From: Eledone cirrhosa
Lineage: Eukaryota
Assembly: GCA_964016885.1 (NCBI GenBank)
Contig: OZ024743.1
Span: forward strand, 119,040,001 to 119,104,000
Direction of reading: 5' to 3'
DNA: 64,000 bases
The translations under genes and the position numbers were made by a program. Shown here piece by piece: positions 61,492 to 64,000 of this stretch; positions within the stretch are counted from its first letter, which is position 1; each line of letters opens with the position of its first letter. The notes beneath the pieces are model-generated. The model was not told where the DNA came from. It was given only the letters and a program-made list of their open reading frames with translations, and did no database searches.

Positions 61492-61640
61492 GATGATCCC
61501 GATCGCGCCGTGTATTATTAATGGATGGACGAAAGTGTACTCAATACCAAAATAGATTTTAAATATTCATTTATTATGACGAATGCACTAATGAAACTCC
61601 AACGTAACAAAGCATACCACTCTGCCATTATAAATGAATA
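61488..61640 (-). mobile_element. (TA)n-flanked island with AATAAA and TATTGAGTAC box
   Basis: Minus strand AATAAA followed by TATTGAGTAC (about 61546-61537), about 50 nt from the (TA)n junction. Confidence 0.4.
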
Positions 61641-61644
61641 TATG

Positions 61645-61675
<31 letters not shown>

Positions 61676-62273
61676 ATGTGTGTGTGGGTGTGGGTGGGGG
61701 TGTGCTGTCTGTTGAAGTTCCATAAGCCTAGAACTTTGACAAAAAGAAAAAAAAAACAACAAAATATATACCAGACTTGTTTCGACTAAAGGCGGTACCC
61801 TAGAATGACCGAAGTCTTATGACAAAAAAAAAGAATAAAAGAATATATCTTTTAAACGACGAGATGGCCATGGGTGCCAAAATCCTAGATCTTAGATCCG
61901 CTCGATCAAACAACAACAACAACAACGAATAAAAGAAGCCTGTATGTTACCGCTCAACCTGTTGGAAATAGATGTCTGCAAATCATAAATAAATCTTTAC
62001 CACTACAATAAAGGGAAAGCTATATTACATGTATTACACCTAGATATAACTGCCCGATATAAAGACGGAAAGGTCACGGCTAGAATGCCTTTGACCATAA
62101 GTGTACTCTTTAAAGTGTAATCTGTGGATTAAACCTTACGCTTACTACATCACCGCATTACAACCGCCATCACCACTATATTAGTGTCATATTGACAAAC
62201 CTCGGTTGCATTTCAATTCTTTGATTTGCTGCTTCAGTTGCTGCTGATGGTGATATCGCTGTCATATTAAGTG

Positions 62274-62347
<74 letters not shown>

Positions 62348-62667
62348 CTTGTCACTCTGTCCCCCAATCATGGCCTAACCCCACTGCCTTTTCTTGTCTT
62401 GTAATGACTGTCAGTCTAACAAATATCAAGATTACTAATTAGAGCGAACTAATTCAATTCCATCATATTACGAAAGCATGCAACCAAATGATCCTCCACA
62501 CCGTTCTCATTCTCTAAAACCATTCATTGTTTCTTATTCGGTTTTCTTCAGCTCTTATTTTCTTTCTGGCATTCTTCCTTCCATTTATGATATATTTTTC
62601 TTCTTTATATTAAAGTGTTTTCGGGAAGAGAGGATATGCGTCTGTTATTATTATAATAAATATTTAT

Positions 62668-63054
62668 AGGTGGATTGGCAGTATCGGTAGAGGGTCGGAC
62701 ACCATGCTTTCCAGCATAGTTACGTCCCTTTACGATCTGAGTTCAAATCCCGCCGAGGTTGACTTTGCCTTTCATCCTCACGGGGTCGATAAAATAAAGT
62801 ACCAGTAATGCACTAGGTAATTGCTGGCCTTGTGCCTAAAGTAGAAACAATTATTAATACTAAGGCGGTGGATTGGCAGTATCGGCAGAGGGTCGGACGC
62901 CATGCTTTGACGCATAGAGTTACGGTCCTTGCCATTCTGAGTTCAAATCCCGCCGAGGTTTACTTTGCCTTTCATCCTTTCGGGCTCGATAAAATAAAGT
63001 ACCAGTAATGCACTGGGTAATTGCTGGCCTTGTGCCAAAAGTAGAAACAATTAT
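62668..63054 (+). mobile_element. Head-to-tail dimer of Meta/MESC SINEs
   Basis: 62668-62855 and 62862-63054; flanks ataaatatttata and ataaatatttgta. Confidence 0.9.
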
Positions 63055-63529
63055 AAATATTTGTACACCTAACAAAAACTTTGTTGACTTCTGCCCTTTC
63101 TTTTTCAACACAGGCACAAGTTTTCCAACACAAGTTTTGCGGGCTTGAAGCGCAGTCTATAACATTTTTAACTGATAAAGTTTTTAGCTGATAAATATCT
63201 TATCAACCACTCAAATACAATTATACCTACTTCCATACGAGTTCAATCTAGAAAACAAAGAAAATAAATACATAAGTAAATAAATAGAGAAATATATAAC
63301 TATTCTGAAGGCTTTGGTCGACAAATTATGTCACTTCTTGCTCAAAGTGCCAGGATGTAAGATCTATTATTGTGAAGAGATTTTCTTAAATGCATGGCCA
63401 CGCCTGCGACGATATCAGTAATCCATAATATAATTACTTACTATATGAACTGTCAGCGGTTTTCTACAGAAGTTAATTCACTTCTATTATGCGGCTGGCG
63501 ATGTTTTGAATTATAAATGTATTAAATAT

Positions 63530-63590
<61 letters not shown>

Positions 63591-63600
63591 CAGCAGCAGC
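63530..63600. repeat. (GTA)n(GCA)n microsatellite
   Basis: Direct inspection. Confidence 0.95.
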
Positions 63601-64000
63601 AAAAGCAGCAACACAAGTTTCAGCCAACTCTGCAGGTGCAATCAAGTGCAGTGCACAAATGTAAACAAATGTTCATACAGTCTCCCTCCTGAGCAGAACA
63701 TGAAGGATCAGCTCGACTGGTTTCTTTCCTGTTTGAGACAGCTCTTTCAGGATCGCACAGGCGGCAGTCTTCTGTACTCAGAGATATTGTATATATAATC
63801 ACTATTATTAGGAACTTCTATCTGTGGAAAGTCATTGTATGTACTTAATGTCAGAATATTACCTTTCCACTAAGAAAGTTTATGTTTAAGGTTTGCTTTG
63901 AGAAGGCAACGTAGATACAATATCACTGTATATTGTTCTTCGTTGTCCTCACATAGTATCTTAACAACCTGCGTCTTGATAAGCACACGAGTTTTGTATG

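Overview
Eukaryotic, extremely AT-rich and repeat-dominated DNA. It is probably an intron or intergenic region of a cephalopod (octopus-like) genome, inferred from the SINE families and multi-kb (TA)n tracts. No host protein-coding gene can be supported; almost all ORFs in the track are microsatellite artefacts. Conventional content is tRNA-derived SINEs (Meta/MESC-, CORE- and Nin-domain types), truncated CR1-, RTE- and CRE-like LINE fragments, a heavily decayed Penelope-like element (RT plus GIY-YIG, minus strand about 8350-9700) and a 200-N gap. The main signal is more than 20 short islands (about 60-430 bp) embedded in (TA)n. Many are fold-back hairpins whose apex lies in or beside a type I hammerhead ribozyme (HHR) motif. 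Five complete cores are readable, at about 3046, 14270, 30260 (minus), 40949 and 49645, plus several half or decayed cores. These are often followed by AATAAA, and many islands carry an unpaired tail with a conserved TYGAGTRC box about 30-65 nt from the (TA)n junction. They look like non-autonomous, (TA)n-targeted Penelope-derived ribozyme mini-elements whose inverted arm may be made at each insertion. All motif and translation calls were made by eye and need computational confirmation.
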